Origin: Escherichia coli
GTDB lineage: Bacteria; Pseudomonadota; Gammaproteobacteria; Enterobacterales; Enterobacteriaceae
NCBI RefSeq assembly: GCF_013315695.1
Contig: NZ_CP054353.1
DNA length: 64,000 nucleotides
Reading direction: 5' to 3' (one strand)
Position numbers and translations under genes: made by a program. Below the pieces are notes generated by a model. It did not search any database. It saw nothing but the letters and a program-made list of their open reading frames with translations, and was not told the origin of the DNA. Numbering within the stretch: the first letter of the stretch is position 1; each line of letters opens with the position of its first letter. Positions 29,475 to 38,787 of this stretch are shown piece by piece.

Positions 29475-30146
29475 ATGCAGTACCCGATTAACGAGATGTT
29501 CCAGACCCTGCAAGGTGAGGGTTACTTTACCGGCGTCCCCGCCATTTTTATTCGTTTACAGGGATGTCCGGTCGGCTGTGCCTGGTGCGACACCAAACAC
29601 ACCTGGGAAAAGCTTGAGGATCGGGAAGTCTCCCTTTTCAGCATTCTGGCGAAGACCAAAGAGAGTGATAAGTGGGGGGCGGCGAGCAGTGAAGATTTGC
29701 TGGCTGTCATTGGTCGTCAGGGATACACCGCGCGGCATGTGGTGATTACGGGTGGTGAGCCTTGCATTCATGATTTGCTGCCACTGACTGACCTGCTCGA
29801 AAAGAACGGTTTTAGCTGCCAGATAGAAACCAGCGGCACTCACGAAGTACGTTGCACACCGAATACCTGGGTTACTGTTTCGCCAAAACTGAACATGCGC
29901 GGCGGCTATGAAGTGTTGTCACAGGCACTGGAGCGCGCTAACGAAATTAAACATCCTGTTGGGCGTGTTCGTGACATCGAAGCGCTGGATGAGCTATTAG
30001 CAACGCTGACCGATGATAAACCACGAGTCATTGCACTGCAGCCGATTAGCCAAAAGGATGATGCCACTCGTTTGTGCATTGAAACCTGCATTGCGCGTAA
30101 CTGGCGTTTGTCGATGCAAACACATAAATATCTAAATATTGCCTGA
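29475..30146 (+). CDS. queE: 7-carboxy-7-deazaguanine synthase (radical SAM, queuosine biosynthesis)
   Basis: 223 aa; radical-SAM Cys motif CPVGCAWCDT; matches remembered YgcF/QueE. Confidence 0.95.
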   Translation: MQYPINEMFQTLQGEGYFTGVPAIFIRLQGCPVGCAWCDTKHTWEKLEDREVSLFSILAKTKESDKWGAASSEDLLAVIGRQGYTARHVVITGGEPCIHDLLPLTDLLEKNGFSCQIETSGTHEVRCTPNTWVTVSPKLNMRGGYEVLSQALERANEIKHPVGRVRDIEALDELLATLTDDKPRVIALQPISQKDDATRLCIETCIARNWRLSMQTHKYLNIA

Positions 30147-30485
30147 TTAAACATTTATAAGCGTTATAAATGGGTGGAACCTGTAAAGACTTCTACTCAT
30201 TTATATTGTTTGTCGCCTCTGAAAACTCATCCATCTTGCCCATCCTGAACTAATCATTATCATTCTCTACAAATTCTGTGGCGTTAATTTTTCGCTGGAG
30301 TGAAAATTATTGCGGTAAAGTTTGGTAGATTTTAGTTTGTATAGAGTTATTTTAAATATTTACCTTTTTAATCAATGGATTAAGTGCTCTTTAACATAAT
30401 GGATGTGTTGTTTGTGTGATACTGTAAAGTTGGTAGATTGTGACTGGCTTAAAAAATCATTAATTAATAATAGGTTATGTTTAGA
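30147..30485 (+). promoter_or_regulatory. CRISPR leader (A/T-rich) of distal array
   Basis: A/T-rich 340 bp ending in motif agttggtagattgt shared with the cas-adjacent leader; immediately precedes first repeat. Confidence 0.6.
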
Positions 30486-31307
30486 GTGTTCCCCGCGCCA
30501 GCGGGGATAAACCAAATACAGGACCAATATTTTGATATATATAATCGTGTTCCCCGCGCCAGCGGGGATAAACCGGTGATTCTGGCAATACTGGCACTTC
30601 CGTTTTGGTGTTCCCCGCGCCAGCGGGGATAAACCGGGCGGTTAACTGGTCCTGTGCGGATATGCGCTGTGTTCCCCGCGCCAGCGGGGATAAACCGATG
30701 TGGAAAGGCGAGCTGAGGGTGGCCTACGCGTGTTCCCCGCGCCAGCGGGGATAAACCGGCTGAGGAAATTGCTAAACCCTCGCAGGATCCGTGTTCCCCG
30801 CGCCAGCGGGGATAAACCGTTGCCGGTACAGCTCCAGCATTAATCCCCACCGTGTTCCCCGCGCCAGCGGGGATAAACCGTTGCGACGTGGTGCGCGCTC
30901 GAGCACAACGTTGTGTTCCCCGCGCCAGCGGGGATAAACCGATGTAAACCCCTCGCGCATCGAGTCAAATGTCGTGTTCCCCGCGCCAGCGGGGATAAAC
31001 CGCCACCTCAGCCTGCGCGCCCGCTGAATATTCCGTGTTCCCCGCTCCAGCGGGGATAAACCGGGACGCGTTCCATCAGGGCGGGTCCAGGGAATGTGTT
31101 CCCCGCGCCAGCGGGGATAAACCGCAGGCGGCGCAGTGGCGCATGAATCCGTTCGCGTGTTCCCCGCGCCAGCGGGGATAAACCGGAGTTTGTGAATTTA
31201 ACAGAATTCCGCGCCCGGTGTTCCCCGCGCCAGCGGGGATAAACCAGCCAATTGCCATATATGCCATCGCCAGCAGCCGTGTTCCCCGCGCCAGCGGGGA
31301 TAAACCA
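30486..31307 (+). CRISPR. Type I-E CRISPR array, 14 repeats / 13 spacers (distal array between queE and ygcE)
   Basis: 29-bp repeat GTGTTCCCCGCGCCAGCGGGGATAAACCG at exact 61-bp period from 30486 to 31279; 32-bp unique spacers; repeat 10 has GCTCC variant; repeats 1, 13, 14 end in A. Confidence 0.97.
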
Positions 31308-31394
31308 CCATATAACCCGTTATCTCTTTCTCAAGTTTTTATATTAGCTGTACTTGTAATAAGCAACATATCCACATAACACCTCATGTTCAAA

Positions 31395-31425
31395 ATAGTT
31401 CCCCATGCCAGATAAGTTCACAATT
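31395..31425 (+). repeat. Degenerate fossil CRISPR repeat
   Basis: atagttccccatgccagataag resembles repeat with internal deletion, about two periods beyond last intact repeat. Confidence 0.4.
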
Positions 31426-31760
31426 ATCGATACAAAAAATCAAATTTAATCAAAGTGTTATTTGTATAATCCTTAAACCGTTAAGAAATTTTAATATATT
31501 ATTTTTTTAATATTAATTAATGCCTGTTAATTTTTTCTTTAGAATAACAGTGTATTTTTTAAGCTTGTTATTCATTGATTAAGTAATAAATCTGGAAGTT
31601 TGTCTTTGTTTTGAGGCTAATGAGTGGTTTTACATAACCGCCTCTATACGCTGTTGATGAATAGTTCTTATGAATAAAGATATCCAGTTCATACTTTAAG
31701 TGAAAATTGATAAAGTGCGATTCGTATTGTCTTTTATTCTAAAGACATCGAGTGTAGTTA

Positions 31761-31898
31761 ATATTCCTTGTAAAAACAGGGATAAACCGAACTAGTTAAA
31801 GTTTTTATTATGTTCCCTGCATCAGCGGGGATAAACCGGACTTGTTATCATTTTTTAAGTTGTCGAACTTATGTTCCCCGCGTCAGCGGGGATAACCA
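31761..31898 (+). CRISPR. Degenerate CRISPR mini-array (3 decayed repeats)
   Basis: atattccttgtaaaaacagggataaaccg / atgttccctgcatcagcggggataaaccg / atgttccccgcgtcagcggggataacc; last two 61 bp apart; abuts ygcE 3' end. Confidence 0.7.
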
Positions 31899-31944
31899 TT
31901 CAGGTATGTTCAGGCCGGGCAGTTTCCCGCCCGGCCTTCCTCAC

Positions 31945-33423
31945 TTACGCATTCGACCAGCTCTGGATCGAATCCGCATTCCCCAATTCCCCATGCATCA
32001 CTTCATACGATTTTTTCAGTATCACATCAGTGTGTTTGGTTAGGTCTTTGAAAATGCCTTTATTCATCGCGTCGTAGCGTTTGGCGTTGCTCTCAACAGG
32101 CATAAAGATATCTTTCACGCGAACCATTTTGTCGACAGCCGTTGCGTAATCCGGATACAGACCAAGCCCTACCGCCGTATTAATCGCCGCCCCCAGACTT
32201 GCACAACCATTAATGGCGTTACGGCGTGCCGGAAGGTTGAACACGTCGGCAAAAATCTGCATAAACAGATCGCTGTTCGAACCGCCGCCAGTAATGATCA
32301 CATGCTTTGCAAAGTGATTCATTTCATTACACATATTGTCGTAATTGTTCTTCAGCGTCAGCGCCACGCTTTCCAGTATCGAACGATATATCCATGCGTA
32401 ATCCATGCTGGAATCAAAGCCGATCATAATCCCGCGTTTGTATGGTTCCCACGGATTGGTCAGCCAGTCCAGCACCGTCATCAGACCATTACAGCCAGGT
32501 GGCACACAAGACGCTTTTTTGTTGAGCAAATCTTCCGGTGAAAGATCCTGTGCTTTGGCATCCTGAATTAACGACTCGCCTAGCATGTCGCGTAGCCAGC
32601 TCACCGTCCACATGCCTTTGCGAATACCGTAACCTTCATACAGCAAGGTTTGCGGAATAGAAGACATAATCGGCCAGTACGCTACCGGATCTTTCGGCAG
32701 TGCTTTACCGTTCATCATCAGCGCGATGTAGGTGCCAAGAGAAATCACCGCCGTTTCATCATCCAGTAATCCGGCTCCCAGAGCTTCTACCGGTTTATCA
32801 CTGGTGGTACAAACAACCGGCAGCCCAGCTGGGAAATGTGTCGCCAGCGCGGCTTGAGGAGTGATATGCCCAAGAACAGTGCCCGGCATTTGCACATCAA
32901 ACAGCATATGACGGGGGATATTAAACTTCTCCATGACTGCGGCATCTTCACTCCATGCCCAGCTCTTATAATCCACCGGCCACTGACCAAAATAGTTGGC
33001 GATATTGTCTTTAAACTCGCCGGTTAAGCGATGCGTCAGATAACCCGAAAAAGAGGTGACATATGCCACGTCAGGATTCGTATGTTCGTAAGGGCGTGTA
33101 ACGCGTGCATCCTGCCAGCTAATCAACGGCGCAGCTGGCGTGCCATCGGCTTTCAATAACGCACGGCAGCAACGGATGGATCCCAGACCAATACCGACAA
33201 TATCTTCTTTATTTCCGGCAAACTGACTCATCAAATCGTGACCGGCAAAACATAATGATGCCCATAAATCGTCGTCAGGATGTTCTGCGGTATCGGCATC
33301 TGGCGTGTGCATCGGCTGCAATAAGCCTTTGCCTTCGCAAACCACATTACCTTCCAGATCATACATCACCACTTTTGTGCTCTGACTTCCGCCATCAATC
33401 CCTATGATGTATTTTTTCGACAT
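31945..33423 (-). CDS. ygcE: FGGY-family carbohydrate kinase
   Basis: 492-aa ORF with FGGY kinase N- and C-terminal motifs (IGIDGGSQSTK...). Confidence 0.9.
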   Translation of the reverse strand: MSKKYIIGIDGGSQSTKVVMYDLEGNVVCEGKGLLQPMHTPDADTAEHPDDDLWASLCFAGHDLMSQFAGNKEDIVGIGLGSIRCCRALLKADGTPAAPLISWQDARVTRPYEHTNPDVAYVTSFSGYLTHRLTGEFKDNIANYFGQWPVDYKSWAWSEDAAVMEKFNIPRHMLFDVQMPGTVLGHITPQAALATHFPAGLPVVCTTSDKPVEALGAGLLDDETAVISLGTYIALMMNGKALPKDPVAYWPIMSSIPQTLLYEGYGIRKGMWTVSWLRDMLGESLIQDAKAQDLSPEDLLNKKASCVPPGCNGLMTVLDWLTNPWEPYKRGIMIGFDSSMDYAWIYRSILESVALTLKNNYDNMCNEMNHFAKHVIITGGGSNSDLFMQIFADVFNLPARRNAINGCASLGAAINTAVGLGLYPDYATAVDKMVRVKDIFMPVESNAKRYDAMNKGIFKDLTKHTDVILKKSYEVMHGELGNADSIQSWSNA

Positions 33424-33449
33424 GATTTTTCTCCTGTAATTTTCTGGAC

Positions 33450-34727
33450 TTACTTGCTGCTAGCCATAGCAGGGGCGCTATCAGCAGTACGAATTTTTTG
33501 GAACAGCAAAAAGGTAAAGACGATCACCATGGCAAGCGCCGCCATGCCCATCAGCCACATATTGCGGTAGGCTTCTGCAGCGGGCAGGGTGTCTTGCCAG
33601 TAGCCGATAATCGGGTAAACGAAGACATCCGGCAGGAATCCAATCACCGAACAAATACCTACCGTGGTGCCCATAATGTAAGACGGTGTTCTCGCTTCGC
33701 CAGGGCAGGCCCAGTACAGCCCGCGTGAGGCGTAACAGGTGAATCCCAGCAGTAAAATCAGGCCAATCCCCATCGCGACCGATTGCGGGTTAGAGTTCGT
33801 GACGAGCAGGGCAGTTAACGCCAGCAAGCCGAGTACGGAAAGGATTTGGATCACGCGGGTAGGGGATTTCACTTTACTGTAGGTGGTGATAATGCCGCCA
33901 AGTGGACCACACAGCGCGCGGAATATTTTGTTGATCACAATCCCCATGTAGCTCGCCGCCACCAGCGACATGCCGTACATTTCGGTGAGATAGTTGGTGG
34001 AGTAACTCAGAATGGCGTAGATGGTGAAGACACCAAAAATCACCATGCTGCAATACCAGGTGGTGCTGATGCGCAAAACGGCCAGGATGTCGCTAAGCTG
34101 GAATGACTGTTTTTCTTCGTTATTGGTATTGCGCAGGTTGTTGTTATCGCTAACAAAAAACCAGCACAGAATCCCCAATAAAATGTAGACCACACTGTAG
34201 ATGATAATGACCGTTTTCAGGCTGGCGCTGTCATCCGGTGCAAAGCGAGAAAAGACCCACATGGTAAACACCGCCAGCGACATTACACCGACGCCGCGCA
34301 GCCCTTCCATCCAGCCCATAATTTTCCCTTGCTCGCTATGATCGCCCAGCAACGATGCGGCTTTAATCGACACCGACCACAGCATTAAAATCGTCGTTAT
34401 CGCAAAGGCGACCTGAATACAGAGCATTACCCACAGCGGTGGATAAGTTGCCATTAACAGACCCAGTAATCCGGTAATGATCATCGCGGAAGTAATCATT
34501 TTGCGATGTGAGAATTTATCGGCAATAACGCCACTGGGCGCATAAAGAATAATAGCTGCAATACCAAAGGTACTCATTATTAAACCTATCTCGGTATTGC
34601 TGAATCCCATAAATTTTGCTATGGGAATTTGATAAATATAACGTAAATAAGCCAGGTCGAAACTAACGCCGCCGCTAAAACTAATTATCGCGAGGGTTAT
34701 CCAACGGCGATATGAGTTGTGTTGCAT
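33450..34727 (-). CDS. yqcE: MFS transporter
   Basis: 425-aa polytopic membrane ORF; co-directional and adjacent to ygcE. Confidence 0.85.
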   Translation of the reverse strand: MQHNSYRRWITLAIISFSGGVSFDLAYLRYIYQIPIAKFMGFSNTEIGLIMSTFGIAAIILYAPSGVIADKFSHRKMITSAMIITGLLGLLMATYPPLWVMLCIQVAFAITTILMLWSVSIKAASLLGDHSEQGKIMGWMEGLRGVGVMSLAVFTMWVFSRFAPDDSASLKTVIIIYSVVYILLGILCWFFVSDNNNLRNTNNEEKQSFQLSDILAVLRISTTWYCSMVIFGVFTIYAILSYSTNYLTEMYGMSLVAASYMGIVINKIFRALCGPLGGIITTYSKVKSPTRVIQILSVLGLLALTALLVTNSNPQSVAMGIGLILLLGFTCYASRGLYWACPGEARTPSYIMGTTVGICSVIGFLPDVFVYPIIGYWQDTLPAAEAYRNMWLMGMAALAMVIVFTFLLFQKIRTADSAPAMASSK

Positions 34728-34750
34728 ATCGTATTCCCATTTGTAATAGA

Positions 34751-34797
34751 CAAAAAAAAGAGAAAAGTAAGCCGCCCTTTCAGGTGGATTACTTTTC
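34751..34797 (-). promoter_or_regulatory. Leader hairpin + U-tract 25 nt upstream of yqcE start (candidate attenuator)
   Basis: Minus-sense gaaaagtaa-N18-ttacttttc followed by cttttttttg. Confidence 0.35.
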
Positions 34798-34905
34798 TCA
34801 GGTCTCTAGTAATTGCAATAAGAAATAACATGGAAAGCAGTGGTGTTGTGTGAGAGTAGTCACGCTTCTGCTTTTTAAAATTATTTGATAATACGAATAT
34901 CACAC

Positions 34906-34921
34906 TGTGATTACGATCACA
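34906..34921. promoter_or_regulatory. CRP-type binding site in divergent yqcE/ygcW promoter region
   Basis: TGTGAttacgaTCACA, perfect match to CRP half-sites TGTGA-N6-TCACA. Confidence 0.6.
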
Positions 34922-34973
34922 TTAGCGCTTATGCCCTTATGCTAAAAATTATATCCAGTTACCAGAGATAATG

Positions 34974-35022
34974 AGAAAGGTAACTTCCCTCTCGCGGGGG
35001 AAGTTACCTTTCTTTTTTTTTT
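34974..35022 (+). terminator. Leader hairpin + T-tract 25 nt upstream of ygcW start (candidate intrinsic terminator/attenuator)
   Basis: Perfect 15-bp inverted repeat agaaaggtaacttcc-N10-ggaagttacctttct followed by T10. Confidence 0.5.
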
Positions 35023-35046
35023 GCCTTACGGAAATTGGAGCTAACT

Positions 35047-35832
35047 ATGTCAATCGAATCTCTCAATGCGTTCTCAATGGATTTTTTCTCCCTGAAAGGT
35101 AAAACAGCAATTGTTACCGGCGGGAATAGCGGTTTAGGCCAGGCATTTGCCATGGCGTTGGCCAAAGCTGGCGCAAATGTCTTTATCCCTAGCTTCGTCA
35201 AAGATAACGGCGAAACAAAGGAAATGATTGAAAAACAGGGTGTCGAAGTTGATTTTATGCAGGTGGATATCACCGCAGAAGGCGCGCCGCAGAAGATTAT
35301 CGCTGCCTGCTGTGAGCGCTTCGGTACCGTAGATATTCTGGTTAACAATGCCGGTATTTGTAAGCTGAATAAGGTGCTGGACTTCGGTCGTGCCGACTGG
35401 GACCCGATGATTGATGTGAACCTGACCGCCGCATTCGAGTTAAGCTACGAAGCGGCAAAAATTATGATCCCGCAGAAAAGCGGTAAAATTATTAATATCT
35501 GTTCATTGTTCTCTTACTTAGGTGGACAATGGTCACCTGCATATTCTGCAACTAAACATGCTCTTGCCGGATTCACCAAAGCTTATTGTGATGAACTAGG
35601 TCAATATAATATTCAGGTAAATGGTATTGCCCCTGGATATTACGCTACCGATATCACCCTGGCGACACGCAGTAATCCAGAAACCAATCAGCGCGTTCTT
35701 GATCATATTCCAGCAAACCGTTGGGGCGATACTCAGGATTTAATGGGCACAGCCATATTTCTCGCAAGTCCGGCATCGAATTATGTCAACGGACATTTAT
35801 TAGTGGTTGATGGCGGTTATTTAGTGCGCTAA
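35047..35832 (+). CDS. ygcW: Short-chain dehydrogenase/reductase (KduD/2-deoxygluconate dehydrogenase-like)
   Basis: 261 aa; Rossmann TGGNSGLG motif; catalytic YSATK. Confidence 0.9.
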   Translation: MSIESLNAFSMDFFSLKGKTAIVTGGNSGLGQAFAMALAKAGANVFIPSFVKDNGETKEMIEKQGVEVDFMQVDITAEGAPQKIIAACCERFGTVDILVNNAGICKLNKVLDFGRADWDPMIDVNLTAAFELSYEAAKIMIPQKSGKIINICSLFSYLGGQWSPAYSATKHALAGFTKAYCDELGQYNIQVNGIAPGYYATDITLATRSNPETNQRVLDHIPANRWGDTQDLMGTAIFLASPASNYVNGHLLVVDGGYLVR

Positions 35833-35901
35833 TCCATAACGGTGGTTTCTGTTTTCTCTTATTAATGATTATTCCATTTTTATTATCAGGAAGGAATTAC
35901 T

Positions 35902-37356
35902 ATGTCTTTATCTCGCGCAGCGATTGTCGACCAGCTAAAGGAAATTGTTGGTGCAGATCGCGTAATTACCGATGAAACAGTATTAAAGAAAAACAGTATT
36001 GACCGTTTTCGCAAATTTCCGGATATTCATGGCATTTATACTTTGCCTATTCCGGCAGCGGTCGTAAAACTCGGTTCCACAGAGCAAGTGTCCCGTGTGC
36101 TGAATTTTATGAATGCGCACAAAATTAACGGTGTGCCGCGTACCGGTGCTTCCGCTACCGAAGGTGGACTGGAAACCGTTGTGGAAAACTCGGTAGTGCT
36201 TGATGGCTCTGCAATGAATCAAATCATTAATATTGATATAGAGAATATGCAGGCGACGGCGCAATGTGGTGTTCCGCTGGAGGTGCTGGAAAACGCGTTG
36301 CGTGAAAAAGGTTACACCACGGGGCATTCACCGCAATCAAAACCGCTGGCGCAGATGGGCGGCCTGGTAGCAACCCGCAGTATCGGGCAGTTCTCCACAC
36401 TCTACGGCGCAATCGAAGATATGGTCGTTGGTCTGGAAGCAGTATTGGCTGATGGCACCGTAACACGTATTAAAAACGTGCCACGCCGCGCGGCTGGCCC
36501 GGACATTCGTCACATTATCATCGGCAACGAAGGTGCATTGTGCTATATCACTGAAGTAACAGTGAAAATCTTTAAGTTCACCCCGGAAAACAACCTCTTC
36601 TACGGCTATATCCTGGAAGATATGAAAACCGGCTTCAACATCCTGCGTGAAATCATGGTGGAAGGGTATCGTCCGTCGATTGCTCGTTTGTATGATGCTG
36701 AAGATGGCACCCAACACTTCACCCATTTTGCCGACGGCAAATGCGTGCTGATCTTTATGGCTGAAGGTAACCTTCGCATTGCGAAGGCGACGGGCGAAGG
36801 GATTGCTGAAATCGTGGCACGTTACCCGCAATGCCAGAGCGTGGACAGCAAGCTGATCGAAACCTGGTTTAACAACCTGAACTGGGGACCGGATAAAGTG
36901 GCTGCCGAACGTGTGCAGATCCTCAAAACCGGCAACATGGGCTTTACCACCGAAGTGTCCGGCTGCTGGAGCTGCATTCACGAAATCTACGAAAGCGTTA
37001 TTAACCGTATTCGTACCGAGTTCCCGCACGCCGACGACATCACCATGCTGGGCGGTCACTCCTCTCATAGCTATCAGAACGGCACCAACATGTACTTCGT
37101 CTACGACTACAACGTCGTTGACTGTAAGCCGGAAGAGGAAATCGACAAGTACCACAATCCGCTCAACAAAATCATCTGCGAAGAAACCATTCGCCTCGGC
37201 GGTTCGATGGTGCACCACCACGGTATTGGTAAACATCGCGTTCACTGGAGCAAACTGGAACACGGCAGCGCGTGGACGTTGCTGGAAGGGCTGAAAAAAC
37301 AGTTCGATCCTAACGGCATTATGAATACGGGTACTATCTATCCGATTGAAAAATAA
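35902..37356 (+). CDS. ygcU: FAD-linked oxidase (alkyl-DHAP synthase/D-lactate dehydrogenase-like)
   Basis: 484-aa ORF with FAD-binding PCMH-type domain features. Confidence 0.9.
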   Translation: MSLSRAAIVDQLKEIVGADRVITDETVLKKNSIDRFRKFPDIHGIYTLPIPAAVVKLGSTEQVSRVLNFMNAHKINGVPRTGASATEGGLETVVENSVVLDGSAMNQIINIDIENMQATAQCGVPLEVLENALREKGYTTGHSPQSKPLAQMGGLVATRSIGQFSTLYGAIEDMVVGLEAVLADGTVTRIKNVPRRAAGPDIRHIIIGNEGALCYITEVTVKIFKFTPENNLFYGYILEDMKTGFNILREIMVEGYRPSIARLYDAEDGTQHFTHFADGKCVLIFMAEGNLRIAKATGEGIAEIVARYPQCQSVDSKLIETWFNNLNWGPDKVAAERVQILKTGNMGFTTEVSGCWSCIHEIYESVINRIRTEFPHADDITMLGGHSSHSYQNGTNMYFVYDYNVVDCKPEEEIDKYHNPLNKIICEETIRLGGSMVHHHGIGKHRVHWSKLEHGSAWTLLEGLKKQFDPNGIMNTGTIYPIEK

Positions 37357-37449
37357 TGTGTGAGGCAGCGTTCCGCGATGACGGGGCGTTGCCTTTTCGG
37401 CTTCTCAGGCGAGAAGCCGTTCTTATTACCGGACAATGAAGGGGTAAAG

Positions 37450-38787
37450 ATGAACACTTCACCGGTGCGAATGGATGATTTACCGCTTAACCGTTTTCAC
37501 TGTCGAATTGCTGCGCTCACTTTCGGCGCGCACCTGACCGACGGTTATGTTCTCGGCGTCATTGGTTACGCCATTATTCAGCTTACGCCCGCCATGCAAC
37601 TGACGCCGTTAATGGCGGGAATGATCGGCGGCTCGGCGCTCCTTGGTTTGTTTCTTGGCAGCCTGGTTCTTGGGTGGATCTCCGACCATATTGGTCGGCA
37701 AAAAATCTTCACCTTCAGCTTTTTGCTGATTACGCTCGCTTCGCTCTTGCAATTTTTTGCCACCACGCCAGAGCATCTTATTGGATTGCGCATTTTGATC
37801 GGCATTGGTCTGGGAGGCGATTACTCAGTCGGTCACACCTTGCTGGCTGAATTTTCCCCGCGCCGCCATCGCGGTATTTTGCTGGGCGCATTCAGTGTGG
37901 TGTGGACCGTAGGCTATGTGCTGGCAAGTATTGCCGGACATCACTTTATTACCGAAAGCCCGGAGGCCTGGCGCTGGCTGCTGGCATCAGCGGCGTTACC
38001 AGCCTTGCTGATTACGCTGCTACGTTGGGGCACGCCGGAATCGCCACGCTGGCTACTGCGCCAGGGGCGTTTTGCAGAAGCTCACGCTATCGTTCATCGC
38101 TATTTTGGCCCGCATGTTTTACTGGGCGATGAAGTGGCAACGGCGACCCATAAACACATCAAAACCTTGTTCTCTTCGCGCTACTGGCGGCGCACAGCGT
38201 TTAACAGCGTCTTCTTTGTCTGCCTCGTAATCCCATGGTTTGTGATTTATACCTGGCTGCCAACTATCGCCCAGACTATTGGACTGGAAGATGCGCTGAC
38301 TGCCAGCCTGATGCTTAATGCGTTGTTAATTGTTGGCGCGCTGCTGGGATTAGTTCTGACGCACCTGCTGGCACATCGCAAGTTTTTGCTGGGAAGTTTT
38401 TTGTTGCTGGCGGCAACGCTGGTAGTGATGGCCTGTTTGCCTTCCGGCAGTTCATTAACGCTGCTGCTTTTTGTTCTCTTCAGCACCACCATTTCGGCAG
38501 TCAGTAATCTGGTGGGCATTTTGCCTGCGGAAAGTTTTCCTACTGACATTCGCTCGCTGGGCGTCGGTTTTGCCACCGCCATGAGTCGGTTGGGGGCGGC
38601 GGTAAGTACTGGCCTGCTGCCGTGGGTGCTGGCGCAGTGGGGAATGCAAGCCACCTTATTGCTCCTGGCGGCAGTGTTGTTGGTTGGTTTTGTTGTGACC
38701 TGGCTATGGGCACCAGAAACCAAAGCACTCCCGCTGGTGGCGGCGGGAAATGTAGGAGGTGCGAATGAACATTCTGTTAGCGTTTAA
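37450..38787 (+). CDS. ygcS: MFS transporter
   Basis: ORF-track call trimmed to MNTSPVRMDD (445 aa); 12-TM MFS. Confidence 0.85.
   Translation: MNTSPVRMDDLPLNRFHCRIAALTFGAHLTDGYVLGVIGYAIIQLTPAMQLTPLMAGMIGGSALLGLFLGSLVLGWISDHIGRQKIFTFSFLLITLASLLQFFATTPEHLIGLRILIGIGLGGDYSVGHTLLAEFSPRRHRGILLGAFSVVWTVGYVLASIAGHHFITESPEAWRWLLASAALPALLITLLRWGTPESPRWLLRQGRFAEAHAIVHRYFGPHVLLGDEVATATHKHIKTLFSSRYWRRTAFNSVFFVCLVIPWFVIYTWLPTIAQTIGLEDALTASLMLNALLIVGALLGLVLTHLLAHRKFLLGSFLLLAATLVVMACLPSGSSLTLLLFVLFSTTISAVSNLVGILPAESFPTDIRSLGVGFATAMSRLGAAVSTGLLPWVLAQWGMQATLLLLAAVLLVGFVVTWLWAPETKALPLVAAGNVGGANEHSVSV

Noticed and set aside
30464-31267. Minus-strand ORFs of 62-128 aa across the CRISPR array with reiterated PRWRGEH / IPAGAGNT peptides
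   Set aside because: They are translations of the 29-bp CRISPR repeat in a fixed frame; the periodic peptide repeat marks a non-coding array.
36337-37263. 308-aa minus-strand ORF antisense to ygcU, 321-aa ORF antisense to cysI (45325-46290), 200-aa ORF antisense to yfiF (8066-8668), and similar
   Set aside because: Antisense shadow ORFs within GC-rich coding regions; amino-acid composition is atypical (Arg/His/Val-rich) and the sense genes are well supported.
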